Numbered from the stretch's first letter, positions 49,706 through 59,955 are shown. The stretch: 64,000 bases of DNA from an uncultured delta proteobacterium (GCA_963715335.1 CAVQRZ010000025.1:96001-160000), one strand, 5' to 3'. Numbers and translations are program-made. The notes: generated by a model from the sequence alone, not told the origin.

Positions 49706-51421
49706 ATGGTGGAAAGTAACGACACAACCAACAACGAAACAGAAGAAATGGAAATGGAGCAGGACTTCGAGTCACTGTTCGAAAGCAGCATGCAGGAATT
49801 GCATGTTGGCGATGTAGTCCGCGGAACAATTGTACAGGTCAATGATGACAACGTAGTTGTCGATGTTGGGTACAAGTCGGAAGGGGTCATCCCCCTTGTC
49901 GAGTTCAAGGATGAAGCAGGCAAAATCGACGTAAACGTCGGTGACGAAATCGATGTCCTTTTCGAACGCCGTGAGAATGAAAGCGGTTTAATCGGACTCT
50001 CTAAGGAAAAAGCAGATCGCCAGAAGATCTGGGGTTCTCTGGAAGAGGGCGCCGTTGTTGAAGGCAAGATTGTTGGCCGTATCAAGGGTGGCTTGACTGT
50101 CGATATCGGCATCAACGCGTTTCTGCCCGGGTCGCAGGTTGATCTACGCCCGGTTCGCAACCTTGAGAAGCTACTGGGTGCGACCTTCAAGTTCAAGATT
50201 ATCAAGCTGAACAAGCGGCGGGGTAATATTGTGCTTTCCCGTCGTGTGCTCCTCGAAGAGCAACGCGAGACCATGCGTTCCGACACCTTGGAAACCCTTG
50301 CTGAAGAGCAGGTCATCGAGGGTATTGTCAAGAACCTGACCGATTATGGTTCATTCATCGACCTCGGCGGCATTGATGGCCTTTTGCATATCACGGATAT
50401 GTCCTGGGGCCGGGTCAACCACCCCTCCGATGTGCTCACCGTTGGTGAAAAGATCAAGGTCAAGATTCTCAAGTACGATCGCGAACGCGAGCGTGTCTCT
50501 CTCGGCTTGAAGCAGATTACTCCCGATCCATGGCTGGAAGTGGAAACCATCTACCCGGTCGACACCAAGGTCCAGGGCAAGGTGGTCAGCCTGACGGACT
50601 ACGGCGCATTCGTCGAACTGCAAGATGGCGTTGAAGGCCTGATACACGTCTCCGAGATGAGTTGGACCAAACGCATCAAACATCCCAACAAACTCCTGAC
50701 CGTAGGCGATGAGGTAGAAACCGTCGTCCTGGCACTGGATACCCCTAACCGGCGCATTTCGCTCGGCCTCAAGCAGATTGAACCGAATCCATGGGAAGTG
50801 ATCGGCGAGAAATTCCCGCTCGGCACGATTATCGAAGGTCAGGTCAAGAATATAACCGATTTCGGTGTTTTCGTCGGTGTTGATGAAGGCATTGACGGCC
50901 TGGTACATATTTCTGATCTGTCTTGGACGAAACGCGTCAAACACCCGTCTGAAATCTTTAAAAAAGGTGACACCGTCAAGGCTGTTGTTCTGAATATCGA
51001 TCGTGAAAACGAACGGTTCTCTCTTGGCCTCAAGCAGCTTTCTCCCGATCCATGGGAGTCGATTCCCGTGAAGTATGCACCAGGGACCATCGTATCGGGC
51101 AAGGCGACTTCGGTCACGGATTTCGGCGTATTTCTGGAGATCGAAGAGGGGATTGAGGGCTTAATCCATGTCTCCGAACTGAGCCAGGAGAAGGTCGAGA
51201 GCCCGAAAGATATAGTCAAAGTCGGCGATGCACTTGAAGCTGCTGTACTGAACGTTGACACTATGGACCGCAAGATCGCGCTGTCGATCAAACAGCTGAC
51301 GCAACACAAGGAAAAAGCCGAGGTCCAGGCATTCCTCGGTGCCCAGAAAAAGGCTACATCCAACCTGGGGGCCCTGCTTCAGGGTGCAATGGACCGCAAC
51401 GGCGAAGAATCATCAGACTAG
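49706..51421 (+). CDS. rpsA: 30S ribosomal protein S1
   Basis: Six S1 domains (VDVGYKSEG, FLPGSQVD, DGLLHITDMSW, EGLIHVSEMSW, DGLVHISDLSW, EGLIHVSELS). Confidence 0.98.
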   Translation: MVESNDTTNNETEEMEMEQDFESLFESSMQELHVGDVVRGTIVQVNDDNVVVDVGYKSEGVIPLVEFKDEAGKIDVNVGDEIDVLFERRENESGLIGLSKEKADRQKIWGSLEEGAVVEGKIVGRIKGGLTVDIGINAFLPGSQVDLRPVRNLEKLLGATFKFKIIKLNKRRGNIVLSRRVLLEEQRETMRSDTLETLAEEQVIEGIVKNLTDYGSFIDLGGIDGLLHITDMSWGRVNHPSDVLTVGEKIKVKILKYDRERERVSLGLKQITPDPWLEVETIYPVDTKVQGKVVSLTDYGAFVELQDGVEGLIHVSEMSWTKRIKHPNKLLTVGDEVETVVLALDTPNRRISLGLKQIEPNPWEVIGEKFPLGTIIEGQVKNITDFGVFVGVDEGIDGLVHISDLSWTKRVKHPSEIFKKGDTVKAVVLNIDRENERFSLGLKQLSPDPWESIPVKYAPGTIVSGKATSVTDFGVFLEIEEGIEGLIHVSELSQEKVESPKDIVKVGDALEAAVLNVDTMDRKIALSIKQLTQHKEKAEVQAFLGAQKKATSNLGALLQGAMDRNGEESSD

Positions 51422-51438
51422 ATCCGCCCACAACTGTG

Positions 51439-51473
51439 GCGCGTCCCCGTTTTAGCGGGGGCGCGCTTTTTTT
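51439..51473 (+). terminator. Intrinsic terminator after rpsA
   Basis: GCGCGTCCCCG..CGGGGGCGCGC followed by T7. Confidence 0.8.
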
Positions 51474-51482
51474 CGGGAAACC

Positions 51483-52373
51483 ATGAAGAAACGACCGTTT
51501 CTGCTGGCTTCTGCCCTATTGGCCGGGTGTTTTGTGTTCTTTTTGGCCCTGGCTGTTACCGTTGCAAGTTTCATGGGGCAGCCAACCAACCTTGTCATTG
51601 GCGACAAGGTCGGGATTGTTGAGATTTATGGAGTTATAGATGACTCCAAGCAGCTCATCGAACAACTTCACGATTTCCGCGATAATGACAGCATAAAGGC
51701 TCTGGTTCTGCGCGTTGATTCTCCCGGTGGCGGAGTCGGTCCGTCGCAGGAGATTTATGACGAGGTTTTAGCCCTGGACAAACTGAAACCTGTTGTTGTC
51801 TCGATGGGCTCGGTTGCCGCTTCGGGCGGCTATTACGTCGCTGCGGCGGCCCGAGAGATCGTTGCCAATCCTGGGACGATTACCGGCAGCATCGGCGTCA
51901 TCATGGAGTTTGCCAATTTCCAGCAATTACTCGAAAAGATCGGCCTGAGCAGCGATGTTGTCAAGAGCGGTCCTTATAAGGACATCGGTTCGCCAACCCG
52001 TGAAATGTCAGCCGCGGAACGGGCAATCCTGCAGGATCTGATCGACGATGTGCACAGCCAGTTTGTCAGTTCGGTTGCTGAAGGCAGAGCGCTGGATGAA
52101 CAGGCTGTCAGGTTAATTGCTGACGGGCGAATTTTTTCCGGGCGCAAGGCAATGGAACTCGGCCTGGTCGACAGGATGGGCAACCTGCAGGTAGCTATTA
52201 ATCGTGCCGCTGAACTGGCTGGCCTCGATGCCGATCCGAAGGTTGTTTATCCCCCGGGCAAAAAGCCCAGTTTTATTGACCTGTTCATAGAGGAAACATT
52301 GAACCGGCTGCATTACGCCGTGCAGAAGCAGCGGTCGGTCGGTTTGCAATATCTTTGGCCAGGATTTGATTAG
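51483..52373 (+). CDS. sppA: Signal peptide peptidase SppA (short form)
   Basis: RVDSPGG, KPVVVSMG.VAASGGYY, TGSIGV, DGRIFSG. Confidence 0.94.
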   Translation: MKKRPFLLASALLAGCFVFFLALAVTVASFMGQPTNLVIGDKVGIVEIYGVIDDSKQLIEQLHDFRDNDSIKALVLRVDSPGGGVGPSQEIYDEVLALDKLKPVVVSMGSVAASGGYYVAAAAREIVANPGTITGSIGVIMEFANFQQLLEKIGLSSDVVKSGPYKDIGSPTREMSAAERAILQDLIDDVHSQFVSSVAEGRALDEQAVRLIADGRIFSGRKAMELGLVDRMGNLQVAINRAAELAGLDADPKVVYPPGKKPSFIDLFIEETLNRLHYAVQKQRSVGLQYLWPGFD

Positions 52374-52383
52374 GAGGTCTGCC

Positions 52384-52665
52384 ATGACTAAGAGTGAGTT
52401 GATTGAACAACTGACAGTGGACAATGATGTTCTCAACAAGCGGGAAGCCGAACTGATCGTCAATTCCATATTTGACAGCATCGGCCAGGCTCTTGTTGGA
52501 GGGGACCGGGTCGAGATACGTGGTTTTGGCTCTTTCACCGTGCGCGAGCGTGGTGCCCGAGAGGCACGCAACCCGAAAAGTGGTGATATTGTCAAGATTA
52601 CTGCGAAAAAGACGCCATTTTTCAAAACCGGTAAAGAATTGCGCGAACGCGTCAATGTGGACTGA
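52384..52665 (+). CDS. ihfB: Integration host factor beta subunit
   Basis: MTKSELI, RVEIRGFGSF, ARNPKSG, PFFKTGKELRERV; follows rpsA-sppA. Confidence 0.93.
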   Translation: MTKSELIEQLTVDNDVLNKREAELIVNSIFDSIGQALVGGDRVEIRGFGSFTVRERGAREARNPKSGDIVKITAKKTPFFKTGKELRERVNVD

Positions 52666-52703
52666 TTTGCTGAGTTCTTGAATTTTGTTGTCGGCGTAAA
52701 ACA

Positions 52704-52741
52704 AGCGAGGCCCCGTTCATAAAACGGGGCCTCGCTATTTT
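52704..52741. terminator. Bidirectional terminator between ihfB and the 6S-like RNA
   Basis: 14-bp perfect stem AGCGAGGCCCCGTT / AACGGGGCCTCGCT. Confidence 0.8.
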
Positions 52742-52745
52742 CAAG

Positions 52746-52925
52746 CAACCTCCGGAATACCGAAGCATACTCCCTAGAGAGGACCTGTGAATCTTCATAT
52801 TACCCGGGATGGGTGTTTCAGGCTTCCCACTCGTGGGTGGGCTTGCTCACCACAGCCCGACTCCAGGCAAGAAATCGTTCAGTTGGTCAGCACAATCAGG
52901 AATAAGTCGCGCATTCCAGAGGTTG
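52746..52925 (-). ncRNA. ssrS: Probable 6S RNA (180 nt)
   Basis: The minus strand folds as one long rod: closing stem CAACCUCUGGAAUGC/GUAUUCCGGAGGUUG, UAUUCCU/UAGGGAGUA, central bubble, UGAA/UUCA, UUGCCUGGA/UCCCGGGUAA, and GGGAAGCCUGAA..CACCCA motifs. Confidence 0.75.
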
Positions 52926-52953
52926 TCAAAGATCTTGGTGGCATCTGACTCAC

Positions 52954-52981
52954 ATGCTAGCATAGCTTATCCCCCTGTCAA
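52954..52981 (-). promoter_or_regulatory. Putative sigma70 promoter of the 6S-like RNA
   Basis: Minus strand TTGACA-16 nt-TAGCAT with extended TG. Confidence 0.55.
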
Positions 52982-53040
52982 CAGTGCCCGTGAGGTTTTT
53001 TTAGAATTCATTCATGATGGGTCTGCTCCGGTAGAATGAA

Positions 53041-53982
53041 ATGAAACAGTCGAACAAAACGATTCAATCCGGTGTTTACCGTTTTACGGTGACGGATGAG
53101 TATTCCGGACTCCGTCTCGACCAGTATCTTAATGAGGCCGGTGCAGATTTTTCAAGGACCCTCGCGCGCCAGGTTATCGACATTGGCGGCGTTCACCTGT
53201 CTGGCAGACGTGTGCGTCGCTGCAGCGAGGCGGTCAGTGCCGGCGACAAAATTGAAGTATATATTGACACTCTGCCCCTGGATCCAATCCCGCTCAATCA
53301 TGAAAGAGTCATCTACCGCGACCAGTACCTGATAGTTCTGGACAAGCCTGCAGGTATGCCAACCCAGCCGACCCCGGCTCGCTACAAAGGCACCGTTTAT
53401 TCGGAGTTGCAGAAGTTGCTCGGTGATCCGCAGCGCAGGGGGCAGCGCCCGAGCATCGGCATGGTTCAGCGCCTCGATCAGGACACTTCTGGAGTAATGG
53501 TCTTTTCGATTCACCCCAGGGCACACAAGAAGATGACGGAACAGTTCCGTGGTCACCAGATCGACAAGACCTACTGGGCGTTGATCGATGGGGTGCCGGA
53601 TGCAGCGGAAGGGAAATTCTGTTCTCAACTGGCCAGACGTCGCTCTACCAACCTGATGGTGTCCGTGGCAAAGGGTGGCAAGCCGTCGGAAACCCGCTAC
53701 CGTCTGCTTAAGTCGATGAATGGCGTCAGCATGGTGGAAGTCGATCTCATAACCGGGCGTTCGCACCAGATCCGGGTACATTTCTCCGAAGCGGGCTTGC
53801 CGTTACTGGGTGACCCGGCATATGGAGGACCGAAGCGCGTTGCTGAACTTGTCATTCCCCGCCAGATGCTGCATGCCAGGGCGTTGGCCTTCCTACACCC
53901 GGTAACCGGTGAAAAAAGGCTTTTCACCGCGCCACTGCCAGAGGATTTCTCATCCGTTCTGCAATCTCTTGATGTTGCTTGA
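53041..53982 (+). CDS. RluA/RluD-family pseudouridine synthase with S4 domain
   Basis: GLRLDQYL, DKPAG, VQRLDQDTSG (catalytic Asp), TGRSHQIRVH, GDPAYG, QMLHA. Confidence 0.93.
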   Translation: MKQSNKTIQSGVYRFTVTDEYSGLRLDQYLNEAGADFSRTLARQVIDIGGVHLSGRRVRRCSEAVSAGDKIEVYIDTLPLDPIPLNHERVIYRDQYLIVLDKPAGMPTQPTPARYKGTVYSELQKLLGDPQRRGQRPSIGMVQRLDQDTSGVMVFSIHPRAHKKMTEQFRGHQIDKTYWALIDGVPDAAEGKFCSQLARRRSTNLMVSVAKGGKPSETRYRLLKSMNGVSMVEVDLITGRSHQIRVHFSEAGLPLLGDPAYGGPKRVAELVIPRQMLHARALAFLHPVTGEKRLFTAPLPEDFSSVLQSLDVA

Positions 53983-54017
53983 ACGGCTACCAAGGATAAG
54001 GTATTGTATCGCCCGTC

Positions 54018-54803
54018 ATGATGACTTCTCCGCACATTGATCCGGTTATCTTTCAAATAGGCCCCCTGGCCGTACGTTGGTACGGGTTGATGTACCTGCT
54101 TGGTTTTGCCGCGTCGTACACGCTGATTCGACACCTTGCGCGGCTGCGCAACCTGGCCCTGGACAAAGAGGGTGTCTCGGATCTATTGTTTTACGGGGTC
54201 CTCGGTGTCGTATTCGGCGGTCGTCTTGGATATGTCCTCTTCTACAACCCGGCGCAATATCTGTCCCGTCCTCAGGATATCTTTGCCATATGGCAAGGGG
54301 GAATGAGTTTCCACGGCGGATTGCTGGGCGTCGTGGTCGCGTCGCTGATATTTTGTCGACGCAGAAGACTGCCGGTCCTGCTGACCGGGGACATCCTGGT
54401 TGCTTCTGCGCCTATCGGCCTCGGCCTCGGGCGTTTGGGCAATTTTATTAATGGCGAATTGTGGGGGCGGGTGACAGATCACCCATGGGGGATGGTTTTC
54501 CCTGGCGGGGGCGCATTGCCGCGCCACCCCAGCCAGCTGTACGAAGCTTTTTTCGAAGGGCTAGTCCTGTTTATCATCCTCTATGTGCTGCACCGACGCA
54601 AGGCCGCTGCCGGGATACCATTCTTCAGCTTTTTTATCGGTTACGGGTTGTTTCGGTTCTTGATTGAATTCGTTCGGCAACCGGATACACACCTCGGTTT
54701 TCTCTGGGGCGGGGCGACGATGGGCCAGCTGCTTTCGCTGCCGATGATCCTATTCGGGCTGATCGGCTGTGTCTACATCTCTCGCCGGAGACACCACTCA
54801 TGA
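54018..54803 (+). CDS. lgt: Prolipoprotein diacylglyceryl transferase
   Basis: VRWYGLMY, GGRLGYVLFY, GGMSFHGG, GRLGNFINGELWGR, RHPSQLYEA. Confidence 0.97.
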   Translation: MMTSPHIDPVIFQIGPLAVRWYGLMYLLGFAASYTLIRHLARLRNLALDKEGVSDLLFYGVLGVVFGGRLGYVLFYNPAQYLSRPQDIFAIWQGGMSFHGGLLGVVVASLIFCRRRRLPVLLTGDILVASAPIGLGLGRLGNFINGELWGRVTDHPWGMVFPGGGALPRHPSQLYEAFFEGLVLFIILYVLHRRKAAAGIPFFSFFIGYGLFRFLIEFVRQPDTHLGFLWGGATMGQLLSLPMILFGLIGCVYISRRRHHS

Positions 54804-55423
54804 ATGGGGTTCAGGGGATCGTTTTCGATTGTGACGGTGTCCTTTTCGAAAGTCGTAAAGCCAACCTGGCGTATTACAACACCGTCCTGGCACATTTCGA
54901 CGAGCCTCCGGTGAACGAATCCGATCGTGCGAAGGCACATCTCTGCCACACTGCAGCCAGCACAAGTGTCCTTTTGCACCTGTTGGGTGAGCAACGTGCA
55001 ACACAGGCCTTGTCCGTAGCTGCGGAGCTCGATTATCGACAGTTCATACCCTACATGGAACCTGAGCCGGGTGTGCGCGAGGCGCTCGCAAAACTGTCCG
55101 GATCTTATCCTCTGGCGATCGCAACGAACCGAGGGGACAGCATGCTCGTCATCCTTGAACATTTTGGCTTGAGCAGTTACTTCTCTGCGGTTGTCACCAG
55201 TCGTGACGTTACTCACCCAAAGCCCGCACCAGATATGCTTTACGAGGCTGCAAAAAGGCTGCAACTAGTGCCAAGCGAGCTGCTGTTTGTGGGTGATTCC
55301 GAGTTGGATCAGGCTGCAGCGAAATCCGCCGGGATGCCTTTCGCTGTCTATCGCCAAGACCTTCTGGCCGACCTGCGGCTGGAACATCATGCAGAATTGG
55401 TGACACTGTTTGCCAGTGCATGA
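54800..55423 (+). CDS. HAD-family hydrolase
   Basis: FDCDGVL, ATNR, KPAPD, FVGDSELD. Confidence 0.92.
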   Translation: MNGVQGIVFDCDGVLFESRKANLAYYNTVLAHFDEPPVNESDRAKAHLCHTAASTSVLLHLLGEQRATQALSVAAELDYRQFIPYMEPEPGVREALAKLSGSYPLAIATNRGDSMLVILEHFGLSSYFSAVVTSRDVTHPKPAPDMLYEAAKRLQLVPSELLFVGDSELDQAAAKSAGMPFAVYRQDLLADLRLEHHAELVTLFASA

Positions 55424-55463
55424 AGAAATGTCCGGAAGCGCGGGCATGCACACCTGATTTGAA

Positions 55464-55503
55464 AACAGAAAGGACGCCCTGACAGCAGGACGTCCTTTCT
55501 GTT
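55464..55503. terminator. Bidirectional terminator
   Basis: AACAGAAAGGACGcCCTG / CAGGaCGTCCTTTCTGTT between convergent genes. Confidence 0.8.
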
Positions 55504-55526
55504 AATAAATGCTCAATGGGCTCGAT

Positions 55527-55946
55527 TTAGAGGGCCTTTCGCATCTCGAGCACATTGCCGTTGTCGGTCGGCAGATAGGTGATCTCGTCCATGATCGTAT
55601 GCATGAGATAAATGCCGCGGCCGTGATCGTCGAGCGGCTTGCCTGGCTCAACGTATTGCTTGATATCAAAGCCCTGCCCGAAATCGAAGACCTTGATGAA
55701 CAGGTTTTTTTTAAAGATACTGATTTCTATGTGCACTTCTTTGGCCGGGTCGCCTTCATTGGCATGCAGAATCGCATTGGCCATTGCTTCGGTCAGCACC
55801 AGGTTCAGGTCGTAGGCAAGTTTTTCCCGGTCGCCACCGTAGTTGCGGAGTGTGTGTGCAATGTTTTCGCCGATATGACCGATCAGGCAGAGGTAGCGTG
55901 TCTGGTTGGGTACTTTTATATCGACTGCAATCCGGTCAGTTGTCAT
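55527..55946 (-). CDS. RsbW/SpoIIAB-like anti-sigma factor Ser kinase
   Basis: LTEAMANAILHAN, VFDFGQGFD, GRGIYLM..MDEI (HATPase_c_2-type). Confidence 0.9.
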   Translation of the reverse strand: MTTDRIAVDIKVPNQTRYLCLIGHIGENIAHTLRNYGGDREKLAYDLNLVLTEAMANAILHANEGDPAKEVHIEISIFKKNLFIKVFDFGQGFDIKQYVEPGKPLDDHGRGIYLMHTIMDEITYLPTDNGNVLEMRKAL

Positions 55947-55991
55947 GACAATAAACTCGAATGCTGTTTGAGGTTTGCTCCGCCTGCCAGG

Positions 55992-56333
55992 CTACTGCTG
56001 AAAGCTGGCCAGCGCTTCAACGGAGTCCGTATAGATCTCAAAGACCCGGTGCAGACGGGTCAGTTCAAACATTGATTTGACCTGCAGTTGTAGTCCGGCG
56101 AGCTTCAGGTTACCATTTCGGGAACTGGCATTTTTAAATCCTGAGACCAGTGCCCCGAGTCCTGACGAATCAACAAAACGCACCGCCTGAAGATCGACGA
56201 CCAGGTTGTGTTTTCCTTCTTCAAAGAGCTTGAGCATTTGGTTTTTCAACTCTCCGCTGTTATGCGCATCCAGTCGCTCCTCTTCAACCAACAGCAAAAC
56301 CGCTGCCCCTTTGTCCTCGATCTGCAAATTCAT
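55992..56333 (-). CDS. RsbV/SpoIIAA-like STAS anti-anti-sigma factor
   Basis: RLDA, VVDLQAVRFVDSSGLGAL (phospho-Ser site), FELTRL. Confidence 0.92.
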   Translation of the reverse strand: MNLQIEDKGAAVLLLVEEERLDAHNSGELKNQMLKLFEEGKHNLVVDLQAVRFVDSSGLGALVSGFKNASSRNGNLKLAGLQLQVKSMFELTRLHRVFEIYTDSVEALASFQQ

Positions 56334-56438
56334 CTTGATATGCTCCTTAAATTATTGTGACGATCCTGAAACCGTAGCTTATGCCGTATATAGTACCATA
56401 ATGCAACTTTGATTCAGAACATTCTCTTGTTGTGGGAT

Positions 56439-59400
56439 TCATTCAGCCTGCAGCACAATCATCGATACATCATCAGTGAAATTCTGGTGACCGGTAAAGC
56501 ATCTTACCTGGTCAACGACATAATTGATCAGTTCCTGTGGTTGCAAATGGTGGTTCTCCCTGAGAATTCCGATCAGGCGCTCCTCACCGAAGAGTTCATT
56601 CTCAGCGTTTTCCGCTTCGATCAGACCGTCGGTGTACAGAATCATCACGTCGCCACTTGCCAACTTGTACGAGTCCCTTTCAAAAGGGAATTCTTTGATG
56701 ACGCCTATAATCAATCCCTCGGGGTCGAGCCTGAGACATTGGCCCTTCGCGGCCTGCCATAGCAGGGTAGGAGAATGGCCGGCGCTTGCGTATTCGATGA
56801 TCCGCGTATCAGGTCGATACTGCAGATAGAAAAGCGTGATAAAGAGCTCGGCTTTGGTCAGATCTTCATACAGGAACTGGTTCAGTTCACTAAGCAGGTC
56901 TTCGGGATGGCCGAACTGCCCGCTACGGGATCGAATCATGGTGCGTGCTTCTGACATAATCAGGGCAGCGCCAACGTTATGTCCGGAGACATCGGCGATC
57001 ACCAGGTCGAGGCGACCATCATCATGGGAGAGGTAATCATAATAATCACCCCCGACCTCTTTGGCCGGGATGCAGATTCCGCCCAGCCTGATGCCGGAGA
57101 CCTCGGGTATCCTGGTTGGCAACAGGCTGAGTTGGATGTTCTTGGCAATTTCGAGTTCCCGTTGCTGCTCTCTGGCGGCAATCAGATGAGCGGTCTGCTC
57201 AGCATTTCTAAAGGCGACGCCGACCTGTCCGGCCAGGCTCGAGAAGAGTTCGAGGAACTCCTTGGTAAATATACCTTTTGCCGTCCTGGAGAAAGCGGAG
57301 ATGACACCGATCGGCTGTCCTTCGACGCTGATCGGCGCATGGGCAAAAGAAAGAATCTTCTCGCGGTGGATGATTGCTGCAGTTTGCGGTTTGGTGGTGA
57401 AATCAGTGTCATTGACCACACAGACGGTATTGGTCAGGAAGGCTTCGCCGATAAAGGTGTCCGTGGTCAAGTCCCGTTCCGACTCACCGAAATGTTCTGA
57501 AGTCATGCCGCTCTGGCTGCGGACCGTCAAGGTTTGTCGGTCTTCGTCAAGGATGCGGATGACGCAGAGATCAAACTTGAACTGGTCCGTGAAGATTTTG
57601 AGTATATCATCGAGTATCGACTGCAGGTCATTGCCGCTTGCCACAAACCGGGCTGCGTCATAAAGGACGCTGAGTTGCTCGCGACTGGCCGTGCGGCTGA
57701 TATTGATCGAGCCGAACAGGTCGAAGACGTCTTCCATGTGACTGCCGCGTGCAGAAAGGTAGTTTTCGACGATGATGCGTGCCGGAGCTGCGCCGACCGA
57801 GCCAGCCAAGGTCAGTTCCGTGAAACGTTTCAGTTTGGGCAGCTCGTATTCGGACAGGCTGCCTTTCTCATCGATATCGCGGTTTCCGAGGTAATCGCTG
57901 ATAGCTGTGTGGGCAGGTTTCTCGCCGATGAACTTGGCCATCAAATCGACGAATTCAATAATCGAAGGGGCTCGGGTGATCCGGGTTTTCGCGCTGACGA
58001 CCGGCATGGGGCGATAAACGTCGACAAATTTACGCACCTGTTCCCGTTCCCCTTCTTGTGGAGCAGTAAGGAGGGAAATGGCCAGGTAGCTGCCGAGGTT
58101 GAAAAACATGGTCCAGAAGAGCGAGTGGGTCCAGATGTCGAAGCCGCTCAGGCCAAACAGCTCGGTCGGTTTAAGGAAACCCAGCCCCAAGAGCCCGTGG
58201 TTGACAATTTCCGGGCCGATCCATCCGGACTCGACGAATGACGGTATCAGCAAAGTATAAAACCAGACGACGAAGCCGAGAATCAGACCGGTTGTGGCTC
58301 CCCGTTGGGTCGCCTGTCGCCAGTACAATCCGCCGATAACGGCCGGTGCAAACTGGGTTGCGGCGACAAAAGAGATCAGGCCGATATTGACCAGGGCTGC
58401 CGATTCACCGAGGAACCTGTAGTAGATATAGCCGAGTAAGATGACAACGATAATCCCGATCCGCTTGAGATTGATCAATAGCGGAGACAGGCTCTGGGCC
58501 TTGGAGTGGAATCTCAGAATGACTGGTATGACCAGGTGGTTGAGGATCATCGTTGACAGCGCCACGGACGAAACCATAACCATCCCTGCCGAGGCAGAAA
58601 ACCCGCCGATAAAAACCAGCATTGCCAGCCATGGCTGGCCGTACTGCAAGGGCAGGGTCAGGACAAAAAAGTCAGCATTGTGGGTGTCGCCATTGCCGAG
58701 CAACAAGCCACCCAGGGCGATCGGAATGACAAACAGGTTGAGGACAAACATGTAAGCAGGAAAGCGCCACATGGCACTGCGGATGTGTTCCTCACGACAA
58801 TTCTCAATAACCATGATGTGAAATTGACGAGGAAGGAACATGACAGCCATCATTGAAATAACGGTCATCGACAGCCAATGTGCGTAGGAGTTCGTTTCTG
58901 TGCCGAGTCGTAGCAGGTGCCCACGTTCCGGAAAACGTAGCAGGAAATCATGAAATATTTCAGAAAACCCGTCAAACAGACCGTATGTCACAAAGATCCC
59001 CGCTGCGACAAAAGCAACAATCTTGACCAGGGACTCAAGTGCGATTGCCGCAACCAGCCCTTCATGACGCTCCGACGTGTCGAGATGCCTTGCGCCGAAA
59101 AGTACACCGAATAGCCCCAGGATCAAGGCCACGGCGAGTGCAGAATCGAAGTGCAAGTCGAGCTTCGGCAGGAAATGCATGGTGTTGCTGGTGTTAAGGG
59201 GGTAGACAAGCAGGTCGAAGCTGCGGGCAACGGCCTTTAGCTGCAGGGCAATGTACGGCATGATGCCGAGGACCGCAAAGATTGTGACGATCGCTCCGAG
59301 CATGGATGATTTGCCGTAACGGCTGGAAATGAAGTCGGCTATGCTGGTGACGTTCTGTTCCTTGCTGATACGGACGATTTTGCGCAGCAGGAACCACCAT

Positions 59401-59645
59401 GAAAAGGCGATCAGGGTCGGGCCGAGATAGATCGTAAGAAAGTCGATGCCGGTCGTCGCGGCCCTGCCGACGCTGCCGTAGAAAGTCCAGGAAGTACAAT
59501 AGACAGCCAGGGATAAAGAATAGACGGATGGGTTGTCGATCAGGCTCCGGCCGCGTTTGCGCTGCCGATCAGCATAGTAGGCAACGCCGAAAAGGATGCC
59601 GAAGTAAATCAGTGAAACCAGGGCGACAATCTTGAGCGAAATCAT
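56439..59645 (-). CDS. SLC5 (sodium:solute symporter)-STAC-GAF-SpoIIE/PP2C phosphatase fusion
   Basis: CbrA/CrbS-type symporter motifs YSLSLAVYCTSWTFYGSVG and LPRQFH; STAC-like helices (AKFIGE..A, LAGSVGAAPAR); GAF; VGGDYYD, IADVSGH, YTDGLIE, DD. Confidence 0.9.
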   Translation of the reverse strand: MISLKIVALVSLIYFGILFGVAYYADRQRKRGRSLIDNPSVYSLSLAVYCTSWTFYGSVGRAATTGIDFLTIYLGPTLIAFSWWFLLRKIVRISKEQNVTSIADFISSRYGKSSMLGAIVTIFAVLGIMPYIALQLKAVARSFDLLVYPLNTSNTMHFLPKLDLHFDSALAVALILGLFGVLFGARHLDTSERHEGLVAAIALESLVKIVAFVAAGIFVTYGLFDGFSEIFHDFLLRFPERGHLLRLGTETNSYAHWLSMTVISMMAVMFLPRQFHIMVIENCREEHIRSAMWRFPAYMFVLNLFVIPIALGGLLLGNGDTHNADFFVLTLPLQYGQPWLAMLVFIGGFSASAGMVMVSSVALSTMILNHLVIPVILRFHSKAQSLSPLLINLKRIGIIVVILLGYIYYRFLGESAALVNIGLISFVAATQFAPAVIGGLYWRQATQRGATTGLILGFVVWFYTLLIPSFVESGWIGPEIVNHGLLGLGFLKPTELFGLSGFDIWTHSLFWTMFFNLGSYLAISLLTAPQEGEREQVRKFVDVYRPMPVVSAKTRITRAPSIIEFVDLMAKFIGEKPAHTAISDYLGNRDIDEKGSLSEYELPKLKRFTELTLAGSVGAAPARIIVENYLSARGSHMEDVFDLFGSINISRTASREQLSVLYDAARFVASGNDLQSILDDILKIFTDQFKFDLCVIRILDEDRQTLTVRSQSGMTSEHFGESERDLTTDTFIGEAFLTNTVCVVNDTDFTTKPQTAAIIHREKILSFAHAPISVEGQPIGVISAFSRTAKGIFTKEFLELFSSLAGQVGVAFRNAEQTAHLIAAREQQRELEIAKNIQLSLLPTRIPEVSGIRLGGICIPAKEVGGDYYDYLSHDDGRLDLVIADVSGHNVGAALIMSEARTMIRSRSGQFGHPEDLLSELNQFLYEDLTKAELFITLFYLQYRPDTRIIEYASAGHSPTLLWQAAKGQCLRLDPEGLIIGVIKEFPFERDSYKLASGDVMILYTDGLIEAENAENELFGEERLIGILRENHHLQPQELINYVVDQVRCFTGHQNFTDDVSMIVLQAE

Positions 59646-59908
59646 TCCTGTCCCCCGCGCTTGTTGTTGTGCACATCCTGGTCGGTGAACTCCTGGTCTG
59701 GGTTGCGGCCCATGTAGATTGAAAAAAGATAAATGACGAAGATTGAAACTGGCCAGCCGATGAAGAAATAAAGGATAACCAGCGGAACACCAAAAATCAG
59801 AATAGTCTTGTTGAAGATATGCATGAACGGGTAGTTCAGCATGACCACGCCGAGTACGAACCAGATAACCCAGGCATCTTTCAGTGGCAGTTTGCGTTCG
59901 ATTCTCAT
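59642..59908 (-). CDS. Small two-TM membrane protein translationally coupled to the SLC5 fusion (CbrX-like)
   Basis: ATGA overlap; two hydrophobic segments (LNYPF..IFN, GVPLVILYFFIGW). Confidence 0.8.
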   Translation of the reverse strand: MRIERKLPLKDAWVIWFVLGVVMLNYPFMHIFNKTILIFGVPLVILYFFIGWPVSIFVIYLFSIYMGRNPDQEFTDQDVHNNKRGGQE

Positions 59909-59955
59909 GATGACTGCTCCCGGTTGTTCATGGCTCTGCGAAAGAGTGACGGGGC

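Noticed and set aside
52809..53039. 76-aa ORF on the + strand
   Set aside because: Overlaps the 6S-like RNA and its promoter; no RBS or family features
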